The notes: generated from the sequence alone by a model not told the origin. 64,000 nucleotides of DNA from Candidatus Multivorans sp. (GCA_965224025.1 OZ245033.1:3456001-3520000), one strand, 5' to 3'. Counted from the first letter of the stretch, positions 10,141 through 21,079 are shown. Numbers and translations: made by a program.

Positions 10141-10168
10141 GCGTCTGATAATGTCCATTATGTCAACT
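10141..10168 (+). other. dif: dif-like XerC/XerD recombination site
   Basis: GCGTCTGATAA-TGTCCA-TTATGTCAACT, 11-6-11 layout; right arm matches E. coli XerD arm TTATGTTAAAT at 9/11; AT-rich, intergenic. Confidence 0.85.
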
Positions 10169-10274
10169 CCATCCGCCAATGCGCCGGAGGGCAACCGCGG
10201 AAGGCCGGCGACCGCGGCATCCGGGCCAAGCCGCCCCTGACGCCGTCCGATCGGTCAGAATCGATCCCGGCAAG

Positions 10275-12713
10275 ATGTTCCGCCTCCTCGACCGCTACCT
10301 CCTGCGCGAGACGGTCGGCCCACTGACCCTGGGCCTTCTCGTGTTCACGTTCCTCGCCCTGCTGCAGGAGCTCTTCCAGTTGGCCGAACTGATCATCGAG
10401 CGCGACGTCGAGGTTCGGGTGGTGCTCCAGCTCCTCGCCTACACCCTGCCGCAGATCATCGTCCTGACGATTCCGATGGCGTTCCTGTTCGCCATCCTGC
10501 TGGCGATCGGCCGGATGGCTGCCGACAGCGAGCTGGTCGCCATGCGGGCCTCGGGAATCAGCCTGTTCTCGGTCTACCGGCCGATTCTGTTCATGAGTCT
10601 GCTGCTGGCCGCGGTAACCACCTACCTGATGACCGTCACTCTGCCGGCGGGCAACAAGGCGACAAGCGAACTGCAATTGGCGATCCTGAAGCGGAACGTG
10701 AACCAGCAGGTCAAGCCGAGGGTGTTTTACGACGGCCTTCAGGGACGCGTGCTCTACGTCTTCGAGCCGGCCGAGAATGAGGATGGCTGGCGCGGCGTGT
10801 TCCTGGCCGACGCCGTTCCAGGTCCCGAACAGCAGGTCATCGTAGGCGAAACCGGGCGAATCAACGTGACTCCCGGAAACGGCCGTCCCCCGGTCCTGAT
10901 GTTCGGTCTCGCCGACGTGCATGAGGTGGACACGAACGATCCCAGTACCTACCGGCTGCAGCGCCTTCGGGACGCGAACATCGTGATCGAGGACAGCCTG
11001 TTGCGCCGCAACGAGGGGCTGGTGCTGGCCAAGGGCGTCCGCTCGATGACCCTCTCGGAGTTGGTCGAGCGCGCCGAAGAACCCGGGCTTCCCGACGACG
11101 GGCGGCACAAGGCCCTGGTCGAGATCCACAAGAAGTTCGCGATCCCGGGGGCCTGCCTCGTGTTCGGCATCTACGGGATTCCTCTCGGCTTTCGGAACCG
11201 CCGCACCGGGCGATCTTCGGGCTTCCTGATCTCGGTGACGATGTTCCTCTTCTACTACGTCATGCTGGGCAACGGAGAGGAAGCCGCCGTGAACGGGCAG
11301 ATCCCGCCCTGGCTGGCGATGTGGGCGCCGAACATTCTCCTCGTCGTTCTCGGCACGTTTCTCCTCTGGCGCAGAAACCGCGACAAGAGCCTGATGATCG
11401 GCGCGGTCGACCGCTACCTGCGGGAGCACTTCTGGCGGCGCCTCATGCGTTTCGGCAGGCGGCGGGAGGTCAGAGGCCGCCGGAAGCGGGCGCTCGAGGA
11501 TCGTCTCGCGCGTGCACGGACCCAGTCGCTCGCGTCTGGGGCCTCCCCCACCGGGCCCCGGCTGCGGTTGCGGATCGAACCGTTCAGTCTTCGCTTCCCG
11601 GGCCTCATGGACCGCTACATCTTCGGCGTGTTCACGCGCGTTTTCCTGATTGCGGTTGTTGCGGCTCTGGCCATATACATCGTGTCGGACTTCACCCAAC
11701 TCATCGACGAGATGTTCGAGAACAACGTCCCCTCGAGCGTCTTCGCGGTCTACTACCCCTACCTCTCTCTGCAGATCTTCTACGACGTGGCGCCGGTGCT
11801 CGTCCTGGTGACCACGCTGGTCACTTTCGGCCTCCTTTCGCAGCGCAACGAGGTGGTGGCGGCCAAGGCCCTCGGCTTCAGCCTGCTCCGGCTGGCGATG
11901 CCGGCCCTGGTCGCGGCGGCCGCGGTCGCCCTGCTCAGCGCGGCGCTCGAGAACTCCGTGCTGCCGGCTTCCAACGCCAAGGTCGCCGAGCTGCACGACC
12001 GGATCCGAGGCAATGCGAGACCGGTCAAGAGCTACCACGGCGCCGATCGCCAGTGGCGCTACGCCCGGGACGACACCGGCGGCGGCTACATCTACAACTA
12101 CCGCCACTACGACGCGGACCGCCAGACCGTGCAGCGCCTGCAGGTGTTCCGCTTCGACCCCGAGCATCGGTTGATCGGCCGCCTGTACGCCGCCGCGGCT
12201 CGCTACGTGCAGGCCAACGAAGGTGAGCCCGGCGGTTGGCGGTTGGTCGACGCCTGGGTCCGCGAGTTCGACGGTCTCACGACGACCAACAGCAGCCGGT
12301 TCGCGGGACCTCAACCCGTCGATCTACACGAGGAACCCGAGTTCTTCGACACCGAGGTCAAGTACGCCGACCAGATGAACCGTCGCGAACTCAGGCGGCA
12401 CGTCCAGGACCTGATGGCAGCCGGCAACGCCGTGCCGGAGCTCCAGATGCAGCTCCACAACAGGACCGCACTGCCCGTCGTTTGCCTGGTGATGGGCCTT
12501 GTCGCCCTGCCCTTCGCCTTCCGGCTCGGTCGCCAGGGCGCCCTTTACGGAATCGGCATCTCGATCATGCTCGGAATCGTGTACTACACCGTGATCAGCG
12601 TGTTCGTGACCCTCGGCCAGTCGGAGGCTCTGCCCCCCCTGATCGCGGCCTGGAGCCCGAACGTGCTATTCGGGACGCTCGCGCTCTACCTGTTCCTGGG
12701 CGTGCGCACCTAG
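10275..12713 (+). CDS. Fused LptF-LptG LPS export permease
   Basis: Two YjgP/YjgQ halves (LLDRYL...[13 protein letters not shown]...AMWAPN and LMDRYI...[12 protein letters not shown]...AAWSPN); start set at ATG 10275. Confidence 0.9.
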   Translation: MFRLLDRYLLRETVGPLTLGLLVFTFLALLQELFQLAELIIERDVEVRVVLQLLAYTLPQIIVLTIPMAFLFAILLAIGRMAADSELVAMRASGISLFSVYRPILFMSLLLAAVTTYLMTVTLPAGNKATSELQLAILKRNVNQQVKPRVFYDGLQGRVLYVFEPAENEDGWRGVFLADAVPGPEQQVIVGETGRINVTPGNGRPPVLMFGLADVHEVDTNDPSTYRLQRLRDANIVIEDSLLRRNEGLVLAKGVRSMTLSELVERAEEPGLPDDGRHKALVEIHKKFAIPGACLVFGIYGIPLGFRNRRTGRSSGFLISVTMFLFYYVMLGNGEEAAVNGQIPPWLAMWAPNILLVVLGTFLLWRRNRDKSLMIGAVDRYLREHFWRRLMRFGRRREVRGRRKRALEDRLARARTQSLASGASPTGPRLRLRIEPFSLRFPGLMDRYIFGVFTRVFLIAVVAALAIYIVSDFTQLIDEMFENNVPSSVFAVYYPYLSLQIFYDVAPVLVLVTTLVTFGLLSQRNEVVAAKALGFSLLRLAMPALVAAAAVALLSAALENSVLPASNAKVAELHDRIRGNARPVKSYHGADRQWRYARDDTGGGYIYNYRHYDADRQTVQRLQVFRFDPEHRLIGRLYAAAARYVQANEGEPGGWRLVDAWVREFDGLTTTNSSRFAGPQPVDLHEEPEFFDTEVKYADQMNRRELRRHVQDLMAAGNAVPELQMQLHNRTALPVVCLVMGLVALPFAFRLGRQGALYGIGISIMLGIVYYTVISVFVTLGQSEALPPLIAAWSPNVLFGTLALYLFLGVRT

Positions 12714-13876
12714 GCGACCGCACGGCGGAGGGTGGCCACGCGATCGGTCCGTTCCCAGGGGAACTCAGATCGGCCGAAGTGGCCATAGGCCGCGGTCTGC
12801 AGGTAACGCGGCTGGCGCAGATCGAGCGCCTCGATGATCGCCTGGGGTTCCAGCGGGAACTCACTCCGTACGAGTTCCTCGAGAAAGCGGTCGGATACTC
12901 CGTCCCGCGCGGTACGGAACGAATCGACGTGCACCGACACGGGCGCCGCTACGCCGATGGCGTAGGCCAACTGGACCTCCAGGCGATCGGCCATGCCTGA
13001 AGCGACGAGGTTCTTCGCCACGTAACGCGCCATGTAGCTGGCGGAACGGTCCACCTTCGTCGGGTCCTTGCCTGAGAAGGCGCCGCCGCCGTGGTGTCCG
13101 ACGCCGCCATAGGTGTCGACGATGATCTTGCGGCCGGTGAGTCCGCAATCCCCTTGTGGACCGCCGACCACGAACTGACCCGTCGGATTCACATGGAAGA
13201 TCGTGTCGTCGTCGAGGAGGCGGCCCGGAACCGACGGTCTGACGATCTGCTCCTGGACGACCCGCCTGATCTCGTCCTGCCCCACTTCCCGGGCATGCTG
13301 CGTCGACACGACGATGGTGTGCGCCCGCACGGCTTGTCCGTGCTGGTCGTACTGCACGGTGACTTGGGACTTGCCGTCTGGTCTCAGCCAGTCGCACTTG
13401 CCCGAGCGTCGCAGTTCAGCGAGTCGCCGCGTCAGGCGATGCGCGAGCTCGATCGGCAGCGGCATGAGTTCTTCGGTCTCCCGGCACGCATAGCCGAACA
13501 TCAGACCCTGATCGCCGGCACCGCCGGCGTTGACGCCAAGAGCGATGTCCTCGGACTGTGGATCGAGAGCACAGAGCACGGCGCAGTCGTCGGCGGCGAA
13601 GCCGTAGCTCGCGTCCGTGTAGCCGATATCGCGAACGGTTCGCCGTGCGAGAGCCGCGTAGTCGATGTCTGCGCCGGGTCTCAGCTTGATCTCGCCGGCG
13701 ATCAGCACCAGTCCGGTGTTGACCAGTGTCTCGCATGCGACCCGCGCTTGCGGATCGTGGCGCAGCGCGGCATCGAGAACGGCATCCGAAATCTGATCCG
13801 CGACCTTGTCGGGATGACCCTCGGTTACTGACTCGGATGTGAACAGACGGCGTATGCCACTCGCACTGGTACGCAT
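12710..13876 (-). CDS. metK: S-adenosylmethionine synthetase
   Basis: [43 protein letters not shown]. Confidence 0.97.
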   Translation of the reverse strand: MRTSASGIRRLFTSESVTEGHPDKVADQISDAVLDAALRHDPQARVACETLVNTGLVLIAGEIKLRPGADIDYAALARRTVRDIGYTDASYGFAADDCAVLCALDPQSEDIALGVNAGGAGDQGLMFGYACRETEELMPLPIELAHRLTRRLAELRRSGKCDWLRPDGKSQVTVQYDQHGQAVRAHTIVVSTQHAREVGQDEIRRVVQEQIVRPSVPGRLLDDDTIFHVNPTGQFVVGGPQGDCGLTGRKIIVDTYGGVGHHGGGAFSGKDPTKVDRSASYMARYVAKNLVASGMADRLEVQLAYAIGVAAPVSVHVDSFRTARDGVSDRFLEELVRSEFPLEPQAIIEALDLRQPRYLQTAAYGHFGRSEFPWERTDRVATLRRAVA

Positions 13877-13956
13877 CGGCAGCGAACCATACCAACTCAT
13901 CGGCATCGCGTGAGGACACGCCGCTTCCTTCGACCACTGCGTAGTATCGCGCAGCG

Positions 13957-14868
13957 ATGATCCGCAGCCGGAACAACCCCCAGGTACGCACGATTCGCCG
14001 GCTCCGCAAGGCCCACGCACGCCGGCACACCGACGTGCTCCTGCTTGAGGGCCGGCACTTGGTGGACGCTGCGGCGGAGGCCGGGCTCGAGTTCCACCAC
14101 CTCCTGGTGACGCCGGAGTTCGAGGGGACCCATGCCGAGTTCATCCAGCGGTTGGAAGACCGTTCACAAACTACGGCCACCCTCATCCACGCCGATCGAC
14201 TGCGGGAGCAAGCCGACGCCGACGCTCCCCAGGGCATCGCCGCCCTGGTCGACCCGCCCTCGCGGTGGAAGTCAGTGCCCGCCGCCGGCAGCCGGGTCCT
14301 CCCCCTGTCCCCGGGTCTTCACCTCTACGTCGACGGAGTTCAGGACCCAGGCAACCTGGGCGCCATGGCCCGATCCGCCGAAGCCGCGGGGGCTGCTTCC
14401 CTCCTCCTTGCGGCCGGCACCGCCCGTCCCCATCAGCCCCGCGCCCTCCGCGCCTCCGCCGGCAGTCTCCTCCGGCTACGCGTATGGACCGGGGTTCGAC
14501 TCGATCTGATTCCCGCGGGAGCCTCGTGGTTCGCGCTGACGTCGCAGGGAAGCCGTCGTGGGACAGACGTTGCAACCGCTTGTCTGTTCGCGTCCGGCGC
14601 CCCTGCTCTGGAACTCGCGAAACTGGTTTCGGCGAAGAGGGTACTTGTCGCTGTGGGCAACGAGAGCAGAGGCCTCTCCACCGAGGTGCTCAACCGGGCA
14701 GACGTGTTCCTCCGGATCGCTACCGCGCCGACGGTCGAATCCCTGAACGCCGCGGTCGCCGCGTCCTTGGCCCTGTTCGAGCTGCAACGCCTGCGTGGGA
14801 TGAGCCACCCCGGGTCACACCTGACAGTGAACGCTGGGTTCCTCATGGAGCCTGAGGGGCAACCGTAG
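13957..14868 (+). CDS. TrmH/SpoU family RNA methyltransferase
   Basis: [40 protein letters not shown]. Confidence 0.92.
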   Translation: MIRSRNNPQVRTIRRLRKAHARRHTDVLLLEGRHLVDAAAEAGLEFHHLLVTPEFEGTHAEFIQRLEDRSQTTATLIHADRLREQADADAPQGIAALVDPPSRWKSVPAAGSRVLPLSPGLHLYVDGVQDPGNLGAMARSAEAAGAASLLLAAGTARPHQPRALRASAGSLLRLRVWTGVRLDLIPAGASWFALTSQGSRRGTDVATACLFASGAPALELAKLVSAKRVLVAVGNESRGLSTEVLNRADVFLRIATAPTVESLNAAVAASLALFELQRLRGMSHPGSHLTVNAGFLMEPEGQP

Positions 14869-14919
14869 CGGCCCCTGGTACCCTCTCCCCGGAACTGGAG
14901 CAGGCGGGTGAGCCCGGCT

Positions 14920-15873
14920 CTAGCCGGAACCGGCGGCGCCGCGCTCGTTCAGCAGGCGGGTAAGCGCCGGCGCCACTTCGTGCAGGTCGCCGACGATGCC
15001 GTACTGCGCGACGCTGAAGATCGGCGCCTCCGGATCCTTGTTCACCGCCACGATGATCCGGGATCCGCTCATGCCCATCAGGTGCTGGATCGAGCCCGAC
15101 ACTCCGAGCGCCACGTAAAGGTCCGGGGCCACCGTATGTCCGCTCGAGCCGACCTGGTGCTCGCGCGGCAGCCAGCCGTCGTCCACGACCGGCCTGCTCG
15201 CGCCGAGCTCGGCGCCGAGAGCGGCGGCCAGGTCGGCCGCTACCGACACCTGGTCCGCTCCGCCCACGCCCCTCCCCGCGGTCACGATCCGTTCGGCGCC
15301 CGCCAGGTCGACGCCGCCGGCGCTTACCGCCTCGCGCCCCAGAATCTCCCGTTCCTGCTGCTGTTCCATGTCGGCCGGCAGACAGACTTCGAGGACTTGT
15401 CGCGGCGGCGCCAGCGCCTCGTCGCTGCTGAAGGCGCCGCTCTGGACGGTGGCGACGACGGTACGCGCCCTCGGGCGGACCTCGGCCTGGAGCTTGGCCT
15501 GCAGGATCGACCGGCGGAAGCGCAGGCCGCCTTCGTCGTCTTCGTCCGCCCCGCTGATCGACGGGACATAGGCGGCGCCGAGCCGGATGGCAAGGCGCGG
15601 AGCGAACTCCGCCGCCTGGTAGGTGTGCGGCAGGAGAATCACCGTCATCGGCGCCGCTCCATCGCCGTCCTCCCGCGCGATCAGACCTCTGAGCGCCTCG
15701 GCGTAGACCCCCGGCGAATAGGGTCCGAGCCGTTCTTCGTCGAGCACGGCGAGCCGCAGGTCCGATCCGAGCGCTTGGCCGCAGACGCGGGCCTCCCGGG
15801 CTCCCGACCCCCAACCGGCGTTCTCGACGATCCAGACCACCGTTTCCGTGGGCGGCACAGCCGGGCTGCTCAC
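14920..15873 (-). CDS. etfA: Electron transfer flavoprotein alpha subunit
   Basis: GASRPVVD, QVGSSGHTVAP, GVSGSIQH, VNKDPEAPIF; GTG start overlaps etfB stop. Confidence 0.93.
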   Translation of the reverse strand: MSSPAVPPTETVVWIVENAGWGSGAREARVCGQALGSDLRLAVLDEERLGPYSPGVYAEALRGLIAREDGDGAAPMTVILLPHTYQAAEFAPRLAIRLGAAYVPSISGADEDDEGGLRFRRSILQAKLQAEVRPRARTVVATVQSGAFSSDEALAPPRQVLEVCLPADMEQQQEREILGREAVSAGGVDLAGAERIVTAGRGVGGADQVSVAADLAAALGAELGASRPVVDDGWLPREHQVGSSGHTVAPDLYVALGVSGSIQHLMGMSGSRIIVAVNKDPEAPIFSVAQYGIVGDLHEVAPALTRLLNERGAAGSG

Positions 15874-16682
15874 AGCACGGCCTCCCGCTCCAGGTGCGCG
15901 ATGAGTTCCGCCGCGGCCGCCTCCGGGGCGGCATTCTCGATCAGCAGTCCGGCGCCGCCGGTCGGAGGAAGACGGATGGCCATCGTCTCGATCCGGGCGC
16001 CGGCCTCCCCCACCAGCCCCGGATCGACGCCGAGGGTCGCGCAATCGAGGTGCTCCAGCGGCTTCCCACGGGCCCGCAGCGTGCCGCGCAGGGACGCGAA
16101 TCGGGGCTTGTTGATTCCGGCCTGCACCGCGAGGACGGCCGGCAGGTCCAGGCGGAGGACTTCGTTCATCCCACCCTCCAGTTCACGCACGACGCGTACC
16201 GAACGGTTGTTCGCCTCCAACTCGACCGCCATGACGAGCCACGCGTAGGGGTAGTTGAGGATCTCCGCGACGACCGCCGGGGTCGCGGCCTGGCCCAGGT
16301 CGTCGGACTGGGCGCCCGCGAGCACGAGATCGCATTCCTGACTCCTTATGGCCGCGGCCAGAGCACGACCGTCGGCCACCGCGTCGCCGCCCCGGAAGGC
16401 CTCGTCCGCGAGATGCACGGCCCGGTCGGCCCCTAGCGCCAACGCCTTGCGCAGGGCTTCCTCGACCCGTGCGGGGCCGAGGCTGAAGGCGACGAGTTCG
16501 GGCCGCCCGGCCCCTGCGTTCTCGGCGGCTTCGACGAGCAGCAGGGCCTCTTCGAGCGCGCAGAGATCGCAGCTCGATATGACCCAGTTCAGATTGCCGT
16601 CGTCGATGCGGCGGCCCGAATCCGCGATCCGCAGGTGTGCATCGGTATCCGGGACCTGTTTGATGCAGACGCCGATCCTCAA
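15870..16682 (-). CDS. etfB: Electron transfer flavoprotein beta subunit
   Basis: VCIKQVPD, ALALGAD, GAQSDD, INKPRFASL; TTG start after GAGGGG. Confidence 0.93.
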   Translation of the reverse strand: MRIGVCIKQVPDTDAHLRIADSGRRIDDGNLNWVISSCDLCALEEALLLVEAAENAGAGRPELVAFSLGPARVEEALRKALALGADRAVHLADEAFRGGDAVADGRALAAAIRSQECDLVLAGAQSDDLGQAATPAVVAEILNYPYAWLVMAVELEANNRSVRVVRELEGGMNEVLRLDLPAVLAVQAGINKPRFASLRGTLRARGKPLEHLDCATLGVDPGLVGEAGARIETMAIRLPPTGGAGLLIENAAPEAAAAELIAHLEREAVL

Positions 16683-16807
16683 CCCCGAATTCCCCTCAGT
16701 TTCTGGCGCGGCAGAATACCGCCCCTCCCCGCGCGTAGCGAACGCCTCTCCCCGCCCTGGGATCTAGAGGCATAGACCTTTGGCTATCTGTCTGATAGCT
16801 TCTCACG

Positions 16808-17602
16808 GTGGTGCCTTCGTTCGCCATCCCGATCGCCACCCTGACGGCCACCGGCGACACAGCGGTGGTGGCTGCGTTCGCCACCCCGGTCGCCATGCCC
16901 ATTGCCACCCTGATGGCCACCGGTGATACGGCGGTGGTGCATTTCTTTCTCCGTTCGGGCCCGGTGGCGAAGATCGTGCTCGGGATCCTGGTCTTGATGT
17001 CGCTGTCGTCCTGGTACGTGCTGCTGCAGCGCCTGATGCTCTTCAGGCGCACCGCGCGGCAGAACCAGAGCTTTCTCGGGGTGTTCCGCAAGGCCGCCCG
17101 CTTCAGCGACATCGGCAAGGCCGCTTCCGCCCACCGCGCGTCGTCGCTGGTCGGCCTGTTCCAGGCCGGGTACCTCGAGATCGACACCCAGATCAAGGCC
17201 CTGAAGGAGCCCCGGGAAGACGAGGACAGCTTTCGCCTCCAGTCGTTGATGGGCCTTGAGCGGACTCTCCGCCGGGCCGCAAACGTCGAACTTCGGGTTC
17301 TCGCCCGGAACACGTCCTGGTTGGCGACCACCGCCGCGGCAGCGCCCTTCATCGGCCTGTTCGGCACCGTCTGGGGAATCATGATCGCCTTCAACGACAT
17401 CGGAACCTCGGGTACGGCGACCATCACCGCGGTCGCCCCGGGCATCGCCGAGGCGCTGGTCAACACGGCCGCCGGTCTGGTCGCGGCGATTCCCGCCCTG
17501 GTGGGGTACAACTACCTCGCCACCAGGCTTCGGCAACTCCGCGCGGAAATGGACGACTTCACGCTCGAGTTTCTGAATCTGGCCGAGCGCAACTTCGGCT
17601 GA
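16808..17602 (+). CDS. tolQ: TolQ (MotA/TolQ/ExbB) proton channel
   Basis: APFIGLFGTVWGIM, VAPGIAEALVNTAAGL; first gene of tol-pal cluster. Confidence 0.9.
   Translation: MVPSFAIPIATLTATGDTAVVAAFATPVAMPIATLMATGDTAVVHFFLRSGPVAKIVLGILVLMSLSSWYVLLQRLMLFRRTARQNQSFLGVFRKAARFSDIGKAASAHRASSLVGLFQAGYLEIDTQIKALKEPREDEDSFRLQSLMGLERTLRRAANVELRVLARNTSWLATTAAAAPFIGLFGTVWGIMIAFNDIGTSGTATITAVAPGIAEALVNTAAGLVAAIPALVGYNYLATRLRQLRAEMDDFTLEFLNLAERNFG
16821..16939 (+). repeat. Imperfect 50-bp direct repeat at the tolQ 5' end
   Basis: 16821-16870 vs 16890-16939, 43/50 identical, 69-bp period. Confidence 0.9.
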
Positions 17603-17625
17603 GCAGCTAAGCCCAGGAGTCGGAA

Positions 17626-18054
<429 letters not shown>

Positions 18055-18081
18055 CGGTCGCGATCAGGGAGCCACAGCCAG

Positions 18082-18855
18082 GTGCCGAGTCAGGATGCCC
18101 CAACACCTTCCGTCGAATCGGCTCTCAGGCGCCGGGAGCGCCGGGCGGCCGGTCTGAATCGGCCCTGCCTGGTGGCCTCTCTGACCCTCCACCTGGCCGT
18201 TCTTGGAGGACTTCTCTTCGGGCCCAGCCTGTTCGCCGAGCGGACCTACCTGGAGCCTCGCACCGTGGAACTGACCCGGATGCCGACGATTCGGCCGAAG
18301 CCGATTCCGGTGACCCCGGCGCCGGAGGAAGAGCCGCCGCCCGCGCCCGAACCGGAACCCGAGCCGCCGCCCGAGGCGCCGCCGGAGGATGTGCCGGTTC
18401 TCGTCGAGGAGGAGAAGCCCGTCGAGCCGGCGCCCGAGCCGGAACCGCCTCCTCCCCCACCGGAGCCGGAACCGGAGCCTGAACCACGGCCGAAGCTGGA
18501 ACGTCCCTTCCAGCGGACACGCACTGTCGACGACTCGCTGGCCGGGAGCGACGACGCGGAGGCGCCGGTGGTCGGCTACGACGCCGAGGACTTCACCTAC
18601 GCCTACTACACCACGCGCCTGGTCGCCGCTATCAAGGCCCGCTGGACGAGGCCGCCGATCGACGGCGTCGAGGCCCTGGTCCGTTTCCGGATCGCAAGTG
18701 ACGGCACCGTGAGCGAACTCGAACTGATCAAGTCTTCCGGCGTCCCCCGTTTCGACAACGCCGGCCTGCGGGCGATCGAGCTGGCGTCACCGGTGCCGCC
18801 GCTGCCGCGCAGCTTCCGGAAGTCGAGTCTCGGCGTGACGATGAGGATTAGATGA
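18082..18855 (+). CDS. tolA: TolA/TonB family energy transducer
   Basis: TM helix with SLTLH (SHLS-type), Pro/Glu linker, TonB-C domain (SSGVPRFD, PPLP); sits between tolR and tolB. Confidence 0.8.
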   Translation: MPSQDAPTPSVESALRRRERRAAGLNRPCLVASLTLHLAVLGGLLFGPSLFAERTYLEPRTVELTRMPTIRPKPIPVTPAPEEEPPPAPEPEPEPPPEAPPEDVPVLVEEEKPVEPAPEPEPPPPPPEPEPEPEPRPKLERPFQRTRTVDDSLAGSDDAEAPVVGYDAEDFTYAYYTTRLVAAIKARWTRPPIDGVEALVRFRIASDGTVSELELIKSSGVPRFDNAGLRAIELASPVPPLPRSFRKSSLGVTMRIR

Positions 18856-18906
18856 GGCCGCTGCCGCGCAGCTTCCGGAAGTCGAGTCTCGGCGTGACGA
18901 TGAGGA
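18798..18906 (+). repeat. Perfect 50-bp direct repeat spanning the tolA 3' end and the tolA-tolB spacer
   Basis: GCCGCTGCCGCGCAGCTTCCGGAAGTCGAGTCTCGGCGTGACGATGAGGA at 18798-18847 and 18857-18906. Confidence 0.97.
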
Positions 18907-18916
18907 AGTGGTGATC

Positions 18917-20308
18917 ATGCAGTGCTTCAATGCAACGACTCCGCCGGTTCGGATCGCCTGGGTCGCAGTAGCGGCCCTGCTCTGCGGGGCGCTGCTTCTG
19001 GGCGCGCAGGAGGATCCGGATACGCCGCCTGTCGCCGAGCAACTGCCTTCCGATGTCGAAGTGGTCCTCGACCGCGATGCGGCCGCGCGCCTGAATCTCG
19101 CCGTGCCGCGTTCCGGACGTCCGCCCGGCGCCAGACCGGAGTTCCTGGACGCGATGAGCGAGGTGGAACAGACCCTCCGCGAGGACCTCGCGTTCACGCA
19201 ACTCTTCGATGTACAGGGCCCGGAAGTCCTGTCGACGGTTCCCCTCACCGGCGACCGAGCCGAGGATCTCGAGCAGTACCGCGCCTACGGCAACGAAGTT
19301 GCGCTGCTCACCGAGTTCAAGCTCAGCGGCGAGGAGCTGATCCTTGAGGGACGGGCCTACGACCTGGCCAGCGGGCAGTTCATTCTGGGCAAGCGCTTCA
19401 ACGGGGGAATCGATCTCGCGCGCCGTTTCGCCCATGCGATGTCCGACGAGATCGTCCTCTACTTCACTGGCCGCCGGGGCATCGCAATGACCGCGATTGC
19501 GTTCGTCTCGGACCGCGAGTCCCAGGGAAGCAAGGAGATCTTCCTGATGGACTACGACGGTCACGCACAGCGGCGGATCACGGGGCATCTCTCGACCAGT
19601 CTCTCGCCCGTCTGGGCCCGGGACGGCAGCGGGCTCGTGTACCTCTCCTTCTTCGAGGGACGGCCGGGCGTCTACTGGGCCGACTTGGTTACCGGCAGGA
19701 AGACGGCCATCGTCGCCGAAGAGCAGCCCGCCTACTCGCCCAGCGTGTGTCCGGACGGGGAGTCGGTCCTCTTTGCCCGCCCCCTCCGCACGAACCGCAA
19801 GAACATGGAGATCTTCGTGGTCTCACGGAGCGGCGGGGCGCCCCGTCAACTCACCCGGTCCAGCCGCACCGACACGAATGCGGAGTGCTCGCCCGACGGT
19901 ACACGGATCGCCTTCACTTCGAGCCGCTCCGGCACCCCGCAGATCTACGTGATGGGCATCGATGGCGCCGACCTGCAACGGGTAACGTTCGAAGGCCGCT
20001 ACAACGAGGGGGCATCCTGGCACCCGGACGGCAGCCGGGTCGTCTACTCCCGGCGCGCCGAACGCGGGGATCGCCACGACATCGCGGTGGTCGACCTGGT
20101 GACCGGCCAGGATCAACTCCTGACGACCGGTCCCGGAAGTCACGAGAATCCGTCCTTCTCGCCGAACGGTGAGTGGATCGCCTTCGACTCCCAACGCCGC
20201 GGAGGTCGCCGACATATCTTCATCATGAGCCAGGACGGCCGGTACACGCGCCAGGTGACCACCCGCGGCAACAACTCCCACCCTTCCTGGTCGGACTACT
20301 TCGAGTGA
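18917..20308 (+). CDS. tolB: TolB beta-propeller protein
   Basis: Signal peptide, AHAMSDEIV, PD40 repeats (SPDGTRIAFTSSRSGTPQIY, PSFSPNG, PSWS); start 18908-18917 uncertain. Confidence 0.92.
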   Translation: MQCFNATTPPVRIAWVAVAALLCGALLLGAQEDPDTPPVAEQLPSDVEVVLDRDAAARLNLAVPRSGRPPGARPEFLDAMSEVEQTLREDLAFTQLFDVQGPEVLSTVPLTGDRAEDLEQYRAYGNEVALLTEFKLSGEELILEGRAYDLASGQFILGKRFNGGIDLARRFAHAMSDEIVLYFTGRRGIAMTAIAFVSDRESQGSKEIFLMDYDGHAQRRITGHLSTSLSPVWARDGSGLVYLSFFEGRPGVYWADLVTGRKTAIVAEEQPAYSPSVCPDGESVLFARPLRTNRKNMEIFVVSRSGGAPRQLTRSSRTDTNAECSPDGTRIAFTSSRSGTPQIYVMGIDGADLQRVTFEGRYNEGASWHPDGSRVVYSRRAERGDRHDIAVVDLVTGQDQLLTTGPGSHENPSFSPNGEWIAFDSQRRGGRRHIFIMSQDGRYTRQVTTRGNNSHPSWSDYFE

Positions 20309-20418
20309 TTCGAAGGTGCCGCTCTCCGAAGCTGCAGGTTGCCGCGCCCGCGTCGCTTTGGTACTGTTTCATTCGCTCTCAACAAACCAAGGTCTCAGGT
20401 TCGAGGAGAAGTTCCGGT

Positions 20419-20997
20419 ATGTTGGCCAGAAGGTTCCCTGCATTCATCCTCTCGGCTCTTGTGCTGCTGGCCGTTGGCGCCTGCAAGAAAGCGGAGCCCG
20501 AGCCCCCAGCGCCTCCTCCGCCTCCGCCAGTGGTCGAGGTGCCCGATCCGCCGGATCCGGTTCCTCCGCCGCCGGCGCCGCCGGTTGAACCCGTATACGA
20601 GAGGCCTTGGTCCGAGGACATCGTGGAGGCGAACCGGGAGGTCCACGAGAAGGGCCTTCTGGGCGATGTCTACTTCGAGTTCGACAAGGCCACACTGACC
20701 GACATGACGCGTTCTCAGCTCGGCAAGAACGCCGACTTCCTCAAGACCAGGGACGGCGAGAACCTCGTGATCACGATCGAGGGCCACTGCGACGAGCGGG
20801 GCACGAACGACTACAACCTCGCCCTCGGCGACCGCAGGTCCAACGCCGCACGGGACTACCTCCTGTCGCTGGGCGTGTCGGGCGATCGTCTCAAGACGAT
20901 CAGCTACGGCGAGGAGCGCCCGCAGTGCGAGGACTCGAACGAGGAATGCTGGCAACTGAACCGCCGCGCCTATTTCCGGGTCACCGACTTCAGTTGA
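20419..20997 (+). CDS. pal: Peptidoglycan-associated lipoprotein
   Basis: Lipobox VGAC, YFEFDK, IEGHCDERGTNDYNLALGDRR, SYGEERP, NRR; GAGGAG upstream. Confidence 0.95.
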   Translation: MLARRFPAFILSALVLLAVGACKKAEPEPPAPPPPPPVVEVPDPPDPVPPPPAPPVEPVYERPWSEDIVEANREVHEKGLLGDVYFEFDKATLTDMTRSQLGKNADFLKTRDGENLVITIEGHCDERGTNDYNLALGDRRSNAARDYLLSLGVSGDRLKTISYGEERPQCEDSNEECWQLNRRAYFRVTDFS

Positions 20998-21079
20998 CTC
21001 GGGGCGGCGCGCCTCAGGGGCCGGCCGGTCGCTGCACTCACGTCGCAAGACCCCTCGCCGATCGCCGCGGGTTCTGAGC

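Noticed and set aside
13877-13956. SAM riboswitch upstream of metK
   Set aside because: The spacer is only 80 nt, is shared with the divergent trmH gene, and shows no recognisable SAM-I core.
18320-18495. Tandem DNA repeats in tolA
   Set aside because: Explained by the normal Pro-Glu linker of TonB/TolA proteins.
20358-20378. sigma54 box upstream of pal (TTGGTAC...)
   Set aside because: No GC at the required distance from GG.
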